Assembly: GCF_001194135.2 (NCBI RefSeq)
Contig: NC_068983.1
Span: 90,502,935 to 90,535,016 of the forward strand
DNA from: Octopus bimaculoides
Taxonomy: Eukaryota
DNA length: 32,082 nucleotides
Direction: 5' to 3'
Shown here: in pieces, positions 10,383 through 21,461 of the stretch
Layout: each line of letters starts with the position of its first letter
How positions within the stretch are numbered: the first letter of the stretch is position 1
Position numbers and translations under genes: made by a program
Notes under the pieces: model-generated
Told to the model about the DNA's origin: nothing
Database searches by the model: none
What the model saw: only the letters and a program-made list of their open reading frames with translations

Positions 10383-13300
10383 ATCAGCATCAATCATCTT
10401 CGCTAGATACAGGGTCCTATCCACCCCAAGTGGTGCATAGCATGTAGCTCCTTCAGTTCGGAGTCACCCAGCCGACACGCCGCTGCTATCCCTTTCCTTG
10501 CTTCCTCTGGTTCCTCCAGCCACGCCCTTTTCACCCTGGTCAGTGCGTCCGCCCTGTTTCTTTCCAAAGGCATGAAAACCACGTTCAGCTTCAGTCCGAA
10601 CTCGGCAATCAGCTCTCCTACAACTCCTAGGCGGCATTTCACCAACATCTCTGCGGCACCTTTCATCCGGACTCTCTTCTCGCTGGTAATCACTGTTCCT
10701 ACCCAGCCGACCACGGTGGCTGAATCCGTCCGGATCTCGATCGAGCGCAGCCCCCATCTCAGGGTCAAGTTCACCCCTTTCAGCACCGCGTCTAGTTCGG
10801 CGACATTGATGTGGATGAAGTCGTCCGCTTTCTGTAGCCAGGCCGCATCCTCCAGCTCAGCACCTTCAATCTCCAACACAACCCCTATCGCTATACTGCT
10901 AGCATCACACCAAACTGTCCTGCATTCCGTCTTGGGCACATACCAGTTTCCCCTAACCGGGTCTTCTGCTTTCATCCTCTCTAGGATTTCCCGCATCATC
11001 ACCACCGTCGCCTCTCCTACTTTGTCACTCCAACTCTCCCCCTCTGCTCATCTCTTGGTGTAACTGCATGCAGTGCGTAGCCATCCAGCGATTGGGTAGT
11101 GTCCAATCAACTTCCCACAAACCGAGAACAACTCTCTCCTGCTGACGCTGGAACTCAGCTCTGGGATCTCGTTTCCTCTCCGGAACACCTGCTCACTCGA
11201 TCTATCTTTTTGTAGTTTCAGCCCCAGCGCAGCTCCCCCCACCATTGACTCAGGTGGCTTCACAGTCAGCCCAAACCTCTCCAGGTATCTCACTACCTCG
11301 GTGGCTGGCACTACAGTCTTGTCAACCAAAATGTCGTCGATGTAGGAACTGGTGGCCTTCCTTATCCTCTCCTCTTTCCCTGGGATGGACTTGAGCACCA
11401 TTGCCATAATTTTCGGAGCGGAATTCAGCCCGAAACCCAGCCTGGTTAAACAGTACGTCTGGCTCTTGTACCGCACTAGCTGGTATCGTCACAGCTTGTC
11501 ACTCACACGGAGCTGCAAATATGCCGACTTCAAGTCGATGATCGTCGCTGCCTTGGTCGACTGTCTCCACACACGTAACGTCTCACCGCAAACGTCCGTT
11601 GCCTCGCCTCCCGTGTGGCACGATATATGTTCGTCCAGCTCCCTAACGTCCAGCACCGGTCTGACCTTTCCTCTCGTCGGTTGCACCACCACCATCAGAG
11701 GTAGCACTCCACTCACCACTTCTTCTTTCCACGGGACAAGGACTCCTTCCTTGATCCATCTCTCTACCTCCTTGTCGAACTCGACCCCGGCGTAACCTTT
11801 CAAAGTATGCTGGTAGCAGCTCGCCCTGTTCTTTAATAGTGGGTGCTTGTCTTTCCATCGCCACTCTATCGTCCACCTCCGACCATCGAATGCCGCCTGA
11901 AAATCTTTGTCCTCGATGGTGTAAGCGGCGCTGTCCCCGACGGGGCTCTGCTCTCTCCGGCACTCCTGCACTCCTGACTCACGGTGCACGATGCCCCCAC
12001 ACTTCTGAACGTGACCTCATCTCCTGCAATCCTAACACCACCAAGACGGTTGATGGCGTCCATCCCCAACACGACATCAACCCCGTCTATCACATATTCG
12101 ATCACGATCACCCATAGCCTCAGTGCCGCGCCTGGTAATGCTATCTCCAGACTGGAGCTGCCCTTGCAACAGATCTCTCTACCGTCGACCGTCCGGATGC
12201 TACTCGCCCCATCCCATTTCTTTGCTACCCTTGGCGTCATGAGGGTAGTCGTGCAACCCGTGTCCACGAGGGCCTTGAACTTCTTTCCCTCGGCCTCGAC
12301 CTCAACTATGGGCAGTGTCTCCACAAGCGCCTCTACTTGGTTGCAGGGAAAGTTTGAGAGGCAGCAACTTCCCTCCGGTCGTTTCCCTGGTTGCAATCAT
12401 GGGCGATGTGCCCAGTCTTCCTGCATCGATAGCAGACGGGCCTTGATTCGGCGCATTCCCTCGCCACGTGCAACCCCNNNNNNNNNNNNNNNNNNNNNNN
12501 NNNNNNNNNNNNNNNNNNNNNNNNNNNNNNNNNNNNNNNNNNNNNNNNNNNNNNNNNNNNNNNNNNNNNNNNNNNNNNNNNNNNNNNNNNNNNNNNNNNN
12601 NNNNNNNNNNNNNNNNNNNNNNNNNNNNNNNNNNNNNNNNNNNNNNNNNNNNNNNNNNNNNNNNNNGCTTGTGCTACTAGCTTGCTGAGCGCCATCTTTC
12701 TACCGCCAGGCAACTGCTGCAATCGAATCCCTACGTCGTCAAGGAATCCACTCACAAACGCCAGCCGCTCCGTTCTGTCCAGGCCTTCTCCTGTAAACCC
12801 AGCCAGCGTGGCCAGTCTACGCACTTCCGCCACGTACTCATCCACCTGTTCTCCCCACCATCTAACAGTTCCCAGTTTAACAAAGGCAGCGTAATCGCTC
12901 TATGTATACGCTTCTCTCAATCTCTGTTCAACCTTCTCTGCACTTAACCTCTCTTCCTCATCCATTTCTAAATACAGGGTCAGGGCGCTCCCTTCCAAGT
13001 ATAGCGCCATGAGACTCGCCACATCACTTATCCCTTGCAGCTTCGCCACGAGCCTGATCTTTCGCATCCAGGCCATCACATCACCCTCGCCATTAAAAGG
13101 CCTGATCACATCGCTGGCAATTCTAATCTTGGCTGCCATCGCGGCGAATTTCTACACGTGGGCCGAAATAGCTTGTGGTGTATGCGTGTGAGTAGATGTA
13201 ATCACCTTACCTCGGTTTTCCTTTTGTCGACTGTGAGTCTGTCTTGCGGTATCCGATCCTCGAAGCTTGCCCTGACCCGAAGAACACTAGGAATAGCAGC

Positions 13301-13461
13301 TGCTTCTCCCAAACCTAGACGGTCGCTTAGCACGTCCTCTCCTGACGACAACCCCGTTCGAAAAGGGCACAAAATCCCGATCGAAGCTCCCTCCGCCCTT
13401 CTTACTCTTCCGGTCAACTCGCCCTTCCGGTCAGCTCCCCAGTCACTGACGTCATACCACA
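10383..13461 (-). mobile_element. Ty3/Gypsy-type LTR retrotransposon, 3' truncated (5' LTR-gag-PR-RT-RNase H-start of IN)
   Basis: gag starts MAAKIRIASDVIRPF (13139). Also present are zinc knuckle CYRCRKTGHIAHDC, protease ALVDTGCTT, RT IDLKSAYLQ..FGLNSAP..YIDDI, RNase H WCDASS..HINVAELDA..TDS, and integrase start HHLGVDRTLYLA after a frameshift. It has stops, frameshifts and an N gap at 12478-12666. Confidence 0.85.
13174..13461 (-). repeat. Single 288-bp 5' LTR of the intron-1 Gypsy element
   Basis: On the minus strand it begins TGTGGT and ends ACCACA (6-bp inverted termini) and lies just upstream of gag. No second copy is in the window. Confidence 0.7.
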
Positions 13462-15242
13462 GACACAACTTGCACCACTTGTCATCAGCCTTGTCATGCT
13501 CATTTACTTTCAAGTTGTTGACAAAGCGAATCATGGATGCAAGCTTCTGGAAATGATCTTGCCCCATATGGTCAGTGACTAGTTCATATTGGGTACCATT
13601 TTCCCAGTAACTGTGAAGACAATGAGCCTGCACAAGGCAATCCTGAGGCAGAGTGCTATAAAAGTCTCCATTTCCTTCTTTGTTGTTCTCATAATCATTC
13701 CAATTTTCTGGTGGCTGTAGATATTTGTTTTTGTCACATCATCAAGCATTTTGTCTATTATGAATTCTTTGAAGAATTGGCATGGAGTCTTCAAACTCCT
13801 GTCATTTGGTGCTCTTTCCAGGGTACCTTTGAATTCAGTATCAAGTGCCTGGAAAGAAATGCCCATCCATGTTGGACTGGACAATAGGGACATCAGATCT
13901 TTGTCCATATTAGGGTTCAGATCATCTCCATCCTGCAAGTTGTGAGCTAATGGCACATCATCATTGCCACTGGTAGTGGAAGTTGATGCAGCCATTCTCT
14001 CTTATTCCACTGGTTTAGTTTTCTTCCCTTTTTTCTGACACCTTGTCTCTTCCTCATTAGAGGCATCTGTTCATCTCTGGAACTCTGTGACAGTTCAAAG
14101 TTACTTTCATCTGCATCAATGATGCGACATGTTTGTCACGGTGACGTTTGTTGACATGCTGAAAAAAAACTCATAACCAACACGAAACAAATAATTTGGT
14201 GCAATATGAAACGCTATGCACGATAATAAAGCTAAAGAAAGCACATTCACACATTATACAGCACATAAACGTATTCTGAAAGATACAGAAAAGTCAGTCG
14301 ATCATTCTAATTTTACACTTAAAATTCTGTTGGACTATATTTGGCACATAGAAGAAGAGTTCTTTCCCTTTGCATTTTCCACTTATTCCTATAGTGCCAA
14401 ATTAGGCACATGAACTTTGAAGTGATTCTATAGCAAAAAGATAACACATTGTGACTATATACAAATATTGCACTATCAGTTCAACCAATACAACAAGAAA
14501 ATATAGGCAAAACACGTGGTACTACTCACATTTTTTTGTAGTGACGATAAGGAAGTGGGATCAATGTAAACACGTGTTGCTGCTGGAAGCATTCCACGGT
14601 GTCAGAGGTACTAATTTGCAGTGGTTTAGTGGTCAGAGCATGAAGCACATTCCAGAGCATTGTTTAAAAAGTATTCTTTTCCTCCGCCACCGATTTTTCC
14701 TTTGGCTCGAGATCACTAAAGTCTGTGCCAAATTTGGCACACACAGACTTGGAGGGTTAAGGAATTGAAAAGTGTGAGCCAAACAGAAAAGATCCTATTA
14801 GCGTTACATATTTTATTGGATGCTCTGGAGCTTCACTTCCCTGTGTGTGTGTGTGTGTGTGTAAGGAGCATCACTTGCCTGTGTGTGTGGGGGGGAGGGG
14901 GTGAACAGGACAGAGAATCTATGTTTGAATCTAACTAGCCATTAAAATTTCAAGCATTATAAATCTATATATATTACTTAGTATCTAATACTTGCATTAA
15001 GCAAGATACATTGATGTACAATGGAGCTTCAGTGATTGAATCTGCCTTCTATCATGTGCATTGAAAGTAATGTCCTCAAAAAACATAAGCTTTCCAAAAA
15101 TGACAACTATGTAGAAGTTTCGTTAAGCATTTCTCATAGTTGTTTGTGCAGATTGGAAAGAGGTAAACAAATTGCGATGTTTAATAAAATCAAAGAGATT
15201 TTAAACTTTTTAAACATGTCCAACATCATTATGAAGATAGAA

Positions 15243-15342
15243 TTATATGGATGCATAGTAATAAGGGGAGGAACCAAAATTTCACTAATACTAGGGTATT
15301 CACTAATACTAGTTATATGGATGCATAGTAATAAGGGGAGGA
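15243..15342. repeat. Nested direct repeats A-B-B-A
   Basis: A is ttatatggatgcatagtaataaggggagga (15243-15272 and 15313-15342). B is ttcactaatactag (15281-15294 and 15299-15312). Confidence 0.9.
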
Positions 15343-15624
15343 CCACTGAATTAGCGAGAGGTTTGAAAAATACGTATGAAGTTCCTTCAATAAAATCCTA
15401 TAAATTCCCGAGTTAAAACACTTAATTTTAATGTGTTGAGAGCAATAGGGTTAGGATTCCTATTACCTGGGGCCTTAGTTATTTTTAAATTGTTCATCAT
15501 TTAACATATGTTTGATAAGAAAACTCATTTTCATCCATTTAACATCCATTAAAAAAAAAGGGAAAAATTTAACATTCTACCACTATCTACAAATATCATG
15601 TGACTTCCTTCTACTGTTTAACAG

Positions 15625-15697
15625 GTATTATTCTAGAATATGAAAAAAGTGGAGAGATTAAATCAAAGACCATTGATTTACTTGATTTAAAAGCTCA
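15625..15697 (+). CDS. DAW1: DAW1 coding exon 2 (73 nt), [24 protein letters not shown]
   Basis: Acceptor is tgacttccttctactgtttaacag| and donor is |gtaagt at 15698. Joined to exon 1 it gives [37 protein letters not shown], collinear with recalled human DAW1 (..[24 protein letters not shown]). Confidence 0.93.
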
Positions 15698-15764
15698 GTA
15701 AGTAATTTGTACATTTATAATTATTGTTATTGTGCTCAATGAAATATTTAGATATGACTGTCCT

Positions 15765-15808
<44 letters not shown>

Positions 15809-15913
15809 TGTGTGTGTGTGCGTGTGTGTGCATGCATGTACAAGATATCATGCGGTAGTATTGGATTAAGTAAAATAAATAGAAAATAGAGTGAAGTCAG
15901 TGAACAATAAGTT

Positions 15914-16255
15914 CATCATCATCATCATCGTTTAACGTCCGCTTTCCATGCTAGCATAGGTTGGATGATTTGACTGAGGACTGGTGAATCAGATGGCTAC
16001 ACCAGGTTCCAATCTGATTTGGCAGAGTTTCTACAGCTGGATGCTCTTCCTAACGCCAACCACTCCGAGAGTGTAGTGGGTGCTTTTACGTGCCACCGGC
16101 ACGAAGGCCAGTCAGGCGGTACTGGCAACAGCCACGCTCAAAATGGTGTATTTTACGTGCCACCTGCACAAGAGCCAGTCCAGTGGCACTGGCAACGATC
16201 TCGCTCAAATGTCTTTTCACGTGCCACCAGCACAAGTGCCAGGAAGGCGACGCTG
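15914..16255 (-). mobile_element. RTE-clade LINE (or RTE-dependent SINE) 3' UTR with (GAT)n tail
   Basis: Reverse-complement homolog of the 3' UTR and tail of the RTE at 16524-17499; starts catcatcatcatcatcgtttaacgtcc. Confidence 0.85.
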
Positions 16256-16523
16256 ATTTCATTGAGATCCAAAAGTTTGCAAACCCATATAGGATTGAGC
16301 TCTGCCAGAGCGGACCATTTCATAGTTAATGTTTTTGGAACTGATTGAGTGAATATGTTCAGCTAAGTGGGTATTAGATTTTAGACTAACATTATGAAAA
16401 GTATGTCTATGGGTTGTAACTCTGAGGTTTACCAGGTAGTAGTGGTTGCGATGTAAGATCTAATGGTAGAGCCAGTAGTTACCACACACTCATACACACT
16501 AGTTTAGGTACAGTTTCCATTCA

Positions 16524-17499
16524 AGGGAGTGTTACCACTAGAATAAGAATAGCCTGGGCAAAGTTTAGAAAGCTTCTACCCCTACTGGTGACAAAGGGCC
16601 TCTCACTCAGAGTGAAACGTAGATTGTACGATGCATGTGTGCGAACTACCATGCTTCATGGCAGTGAAACATGGGCCGTGACTGCAGAGGTCATGTGTAG
16701 GCTCGAAAGAAATGAAGCTAGCATGATCCGCTGGATGTATAATGTCAGTGTACACACACGACAGAGTGTAAGTGCTCTGAGAGAAATGTTGGACATAAGA
16801 AGCATCAGACGTGGTGTGCAAGAGAGACGTTTACGCTGGTATGGTCATGTATTGCGGATGGATGAGGAGAGATGTGTGAAGAAGTGCCACTCCCAAACAG
16901 TTGAAGGAATCTGGGGTAGAGGTAGACCCAGGAAGACATGGGATGATGTGGTCAAGCTTGACCTTTGAACGTTGGGCCTCACAGAGGCAATGACAAAAGA
17001 CTGAGACCTCTGGAGATGCGCTGTGACTGCGAAGACCCGACAAATAAAGTGAGTTCACGGCTGTACCCTACACTAGTTTCGCATAACCAGCCCCAGCCCA
17101 TTCAAAAGTACCTTGGATTGTAGGATGACCTGCTGTGCTTACCTTGGATCGTAGGGTGACCTACTGTGCTTGAGGAGAACTATTGAGTCAAGTACATCAA
17201 CATCAAAATAAAAATCAAATGGAAATTGTAGCTCTAATACCTGTGCTGGTGGCACGTAAAAAGCACAATCTGAATGTGGCTGATGCCAGTGCCGCCTTGA
17301 CTGGCTTCTGTGCCGGTGGCACATAAAAAGCACCCACTACACTCACGGAGTGGTTGGCATTAGGAAGGGCATCCAGCTGTAGAAACACTGTCAGATCAGA
17401 CTGGAGCCTGGTGCAGCCTCCTGGCTTCCCAGACCCCGGTTGAACCATCCAACCCATGCTAGCATGGAAAACAGACGTTAAACGATGATGATGATGATG
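16524..17499 (+). mobile_element. 5'-truncated RTE-clade LINE (ORF C-terminus, 3' UTR, (GAT)n tail)
   Basis: Reads LYDACVRTTMLHGSETWAVT..RRLRWYGHVLRMDEERCVK..GRGRPRKTW (ORF 16588-16968). The 3' UTR ends gttaaacgatgatgatgatgatg at 17499. Confidence 0.9.
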
Positions 17500-18195
17500 G
17501 ATACTTTTTCCCAGGTTGTAATAATATCTGTTCAGGTGGATGGGTTGTTGATGGTACATTATCAATAGTTCCTGGCTGTGTTGTGGTGAGATATTCAGGG
17601 CTAGTATCTGGCACAGTTATGAGGGTTGTGGTAGTATATGAGTCAGCAATAGCGGGAACTATCCCCAACTGCCCAGTGGAAGGCTCATTTTGAACTTCTG
17701 TTTCTATGTAACACCCATACCTAGAAATTTGGGGTTAAATTTTCTTATGCTGGCTAATAGGTGGGTGATCTAGGATAATAATTTGTACATTTTAGTTGTA
17801 GCTATGATGACTTCTACATTTGATGTCATGGAATAGGATAATTTAAGGGTTTTTCTATTAAGGATTCTCTGATACCTATGTTGAGGGGGGAAATTTTTAT
17901 CGAATAGATTATAAAAGGCCCTCAGAATAACAGTTTTAGTGTTATTTTTGGTGCTTTCAGGCTTGTTGTAGTTGTGGGGAGTTCAACATTCCAGGATTTG
18001 CCATTATCTTCTCATTTACTTTTCCTATTATTCAAGCTTAGATCATAGTTGTTATTCCCAGCATGGGTAGGTAATCTATCTCCAGACTTATGAAATTTAG
18101 TAGGTATAATAGATGTAGTTAATCCTTGGAGGGCCGCCTTATGGTTAATCCTATGGTTGGTAGAGTCCATAGTATTAACTCTACACATCTGGTTA

Positions 18196-19562
18196 CACTA
18201 GGCAACAAATTTCAACTTTTTTTTTTGTAAACTACTGATTCCTACCAAATTACTGATGCTAAATTTCTCTATGATATCCAGATTTTGTGTAACCAAAAAT
18301 CCCTATTTTTCATTTTTTCTCACCCACTTCTATTACAAAGGTGGTTTAAGTTACTGTGCTATGTTTTATGTTAAACATAATTAAATAATTAGTGAACAGG
18401 GATGTCTTTCTTCTTTTTTCTGGCTTAAAATAGGCAGTGGAAGCCATTACCTTGAATTTATCTTTTAGATATACAAGTAACCACTACTTTCATGATCTGT
18501 ACCCATCATGAAATTTTTCATAAGGCCAAGTTTAATGTGAAGTGGTATGTCAATAAGTACTGGGTGTTTCATATTTTGTTTACTGACAATATGTTTAATT
18601 CTAGATAGCCAATCATGTTTTTTGTAGTGGCTCTTGTCAGATCTGCTGTTCTATAGACACAAAAAAAACACAGGTGCTTTGTGTAGCTCAACTGTAAGCC
18701 AAGAAATAATGATACAACTTTAAGGTTGCCACAATATTACATATGTGGTCCTTATATTTGATGCGTCTTAGCAGCAGTTCCAATTATTCATAAGTCTCAT
18801 TGAGACTAGTGGCATGTGCTACAGGTATTGAAGGTGTTTCACTGTTATTGTACAATAATACAGCTTTAAGGCTAGCTTTACTAAAGTAAATGAACAGTCT
18901 CTATTCTTTTGGATCATAGCAAAAGCCAATCCTTTCCATCAGGCCATTGATATCATAGCAAAAACAAATGTTTTCTTCCTGTAAGGAAAATTATGAAAGC
19001 TGCAGATGGCAATAGAAGAAATGGAAAACTTCGCTGTTTAGCTGGAGAAAATTCCATTCTTCAGAACCAAGCGACTTTGCCTTTTCTTTTGGTAATTCCA
19101 AATCACACAGATGCTTGACTTAACAAATGGGGTATTAGTTGCATCTGGAACATATATGCCATCTTTCCCTATTTCTGTATCACTAGCAGAATCTTCAGAT
19201 GAACTGCTGCCTTCAACAACTGCTCTATTTGACTGTCACATAGTGACTGACCATTGGGCCATTACTATGTTCTTAACTCTGTTGTCAACTTGTGATAAAT
19301 TTTATTGATCAAACTTGTTAGAATTTATATATAGTTGGTAAACAAAAATTGCTTTAACCCTGAAAAAGCAAGTTTCATATTACTGGCATTAAGATAATTA
19401 AAACTAAAACTGGATGTGGTAGGAAATTTTACTAAGTGATTTGCATTTACACAAAATCTAGATGTGACAGAAAAAATCTAATTATAGATTTGAAATTAGC
19501 ATATCAAAATTAGCTAGAAATACCTATTTGGTCTTCTGTAACAGAATCTTTGTTGCCTAGTG
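18196..19562 (-). mobile_element. Chapaev3 (CMC)-type DNA transposon, internally deleted
   Basis: Perfect 14-bp TIRs CACTAGGCAACAAA (18196-18209 / 19549-19562) with TSD TTA on both sides (18193-18195, 19563-19565). The minus-strand transposase remnant reads DLELPKKKAKSLGS..YDPKE*RLFI..SKASLKAVLL..PSIPVAHA..CGNLKVV..LGLQ..YTK..PLHIKLGLMKNF. The element itself is clear; the family name comes from my recall of these motifs and of the CAC/TWA rule. Confidence 0.8.
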
Positions 19563-20569
19563 TTATTAATGCAAGTAACCTGCTTAAGTTTAGTGTTATC
19601 ATGGTACAATATTGCTTGATCATAACCACTTCATTGTAATATTCTACATTATTTCCAAATATCTTTTGATTGGCAGAAAGATTAGAGATCATAATGGATA
19701 TGTTCTTAACTATGCTGTTCCTAACAGAGAGTGGAAGGTTAGAGAATCTATGGACATATTGTACGTTCTTGTTTGGCTTGTATATTCATTATTAGCAAAG
19801 GAAGCAGTATTAATTTTGATAACACTCTGTATTTCGTATAGATGTATAGTACTAAAATGTACTATCAGTAGCAGAGAAAAACTGTCAGGCAGTGGTGGTA
19901 GAATTGCTAGATCCTAGGATTTCTATATATTTACATGCCATTGGTAGCAAGTATACAGAATCAACTGCATGCTTAGAAAAATTTTGTGTCTACTGGTATA
20001 GAAAAACAGTGATTAACAAATCACTGGTGTTGCACAGGCAGGCTAGGTAAAAGTTTGTTATTAGCGACAGAAACATTATAAGTTCCAAACAGCAATTTGT
20101 ATATCTTACTTAATGTGGATATACTTTAAGAAACCCATAATACTACAGCATTTGACTTGTATGCTAGTAATACTTTAATGTTTGTTATGTTTTGATATAT
20201 ATATATGTTAAACCTCTGTTTTACTGTGTTAAATAGATTCAAGTATATTTTAAAATATCAACATTCAGCAATATATGTAAATGTTTTTGCCAAATTACTT
20301 TGAATTCTTTAAAAATCATCTTACACATGAAATATCATTTATTTTTTTTTCCTGAGATGTATATTTCCAGCATTTAGGTATATATGTATATGGATCTGAG
20401 TTTGTATATGTGTGTATCCTAGTTTATAAAGGGCTGGCAGCATGGAAAGCATTTGGACATAAAACATTGCTTTGAAAAACCTGTCCAGCTCAGGCAAACA
20501 TGGAAAAATATATGTAAAATACTGATGATGATGATGATATGTACGTATGTGTGCATTTATATATATATA

Positions 20570-21461
20570 NNNNNNNNNNNNNNNNNNNNNNNNNNNNNNN
20601 NNNNNNNNNNNNNNNNNNNNNNNNNNNNNNNNNNNNNNNNNNNNNNNNNNNNNNNNNNNNNNNNNNNNNNNNNNNNNNNNNNNNNNNNNNNNNNNNNNNN
20701 NNNNNNNNNNNNNNNNNNNNNNNNNNNNNNNNNNNNNNNNNNNNNNNNNNNNNNNNNNNNNNNNNNNNNNNNNNNNNNNNNNNNNNNNNNNNNNNNNNNN
20801 NNNNNNNNNNNNNNNNNNNNNNNNNNNNNNNNNNNNNNNNNNNNNNNNNNNNNNNNNNNNNNNNNNNNNNNNNNNNNNNNNNNNNNNNNNNNNNNNNNNN
20901 NNNNNNNNNNNNNNNNNNNNNNNNNNNNNNNNNNNNNNNNNNNNNNNNNNNNNNNNNNNNNNNNNNNNNNNNNNNNNNNNNNNNNNNNNNNNNNNNNNNN
21001 NNNNNNNNNNNNNNNNNNNNNNNNNNNNNNNNNNNNNNNNNNNNNNNNNNNNNNNNNNNNNNNNNNNNNNNNNNNNNNNNNNNNNNNNNNNNNNNNNNNN
21101 NNNNNNNNNNNNNNNNNNNNNNNNNNNNNNNNNNNNNNNNNNNNNNNNNNNNNNNNNNNNNNNNNNNNNNNNNNNNNNNNNNNNNNNNNNNNNNNNNNNN
21201 NNNNNNNNNNNNNNNNNNNNNNNNNNNNNNNNNNNNNNNNNNNNNNNNNNNNNNNNNNNNNNNNNNNNNNNNNNNNNNNNNNNNNNNNNNNNNNNNNNNN
21301 NNNNNNNNNNNNNNNNNNNNNNNNNNNNNNNNNNNNNNNNNNNNNNNNNNNNNNNNNNNNNNNNNNNNNNNNNNNNNNNNNNNNNNNNNNNNNNNNNNNN
21401 NNNNNNNNNNNNNNNNNNNNNNNNNNNNNNNNNNNNNNNNNNNNNNNNNNNNNNNNNNNNN
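20570..21461. other. Assembly gap (N run)
   Basis: N runs at 12478-12666, 20570-21461, 21875-21974, 22877-23833 and 29995-30004; the three central ones sit next to AT-rich simple repeats. Confidence 1.

Larger units (their letters stand above)
9883..14756 (-). mobile_element. piggyBac-family transposon remnant interrupted by a Gypsy element
   Basis: TTAA|CCCTC at 9879-9887 and GAGGG|TTAA at 14752-14760. CCAAATTTGG-type palindromes occur at both ends. Minus-strand transposase pieces are TPCQFFKEF..KTNIYSHQK..SYWENGTQY..FQKLASMIRFVNN (about 14000-13462) and VTNSWR*YKRH..FQGMIAEAL (about 10382-10200). Confidence 0.75.
16256..19850 (-). mobile_element. Penelope-like element 1 (RT C-terminus, thumb, GIY-YIG), interrupted by RTE and Chapaev3 insertions
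   Basis: Minus-strand pieces in the expected order: YKPNKNVQYVHRFSNLP..ISNLSANQKIF..YYNE (about 19780-19625); FYNLFDKNFPPQHRYQRILNRKTLKLSYSM..NV..II (about 17915-17800); LNGNC..SVYECVV..RSYI..HRHTF..THLAEHI..W..CKL (16523-16260). Confidence 0.8.

Noticed and set aside
9592-14828. Outer MITE (cagggcagcaaccaaaaatat .. atattttattggatgctctg) possibly hosting the piggyBac
   Set aside because: The terminal inverted match is too weak and gapped, and there is no convincing TSD.
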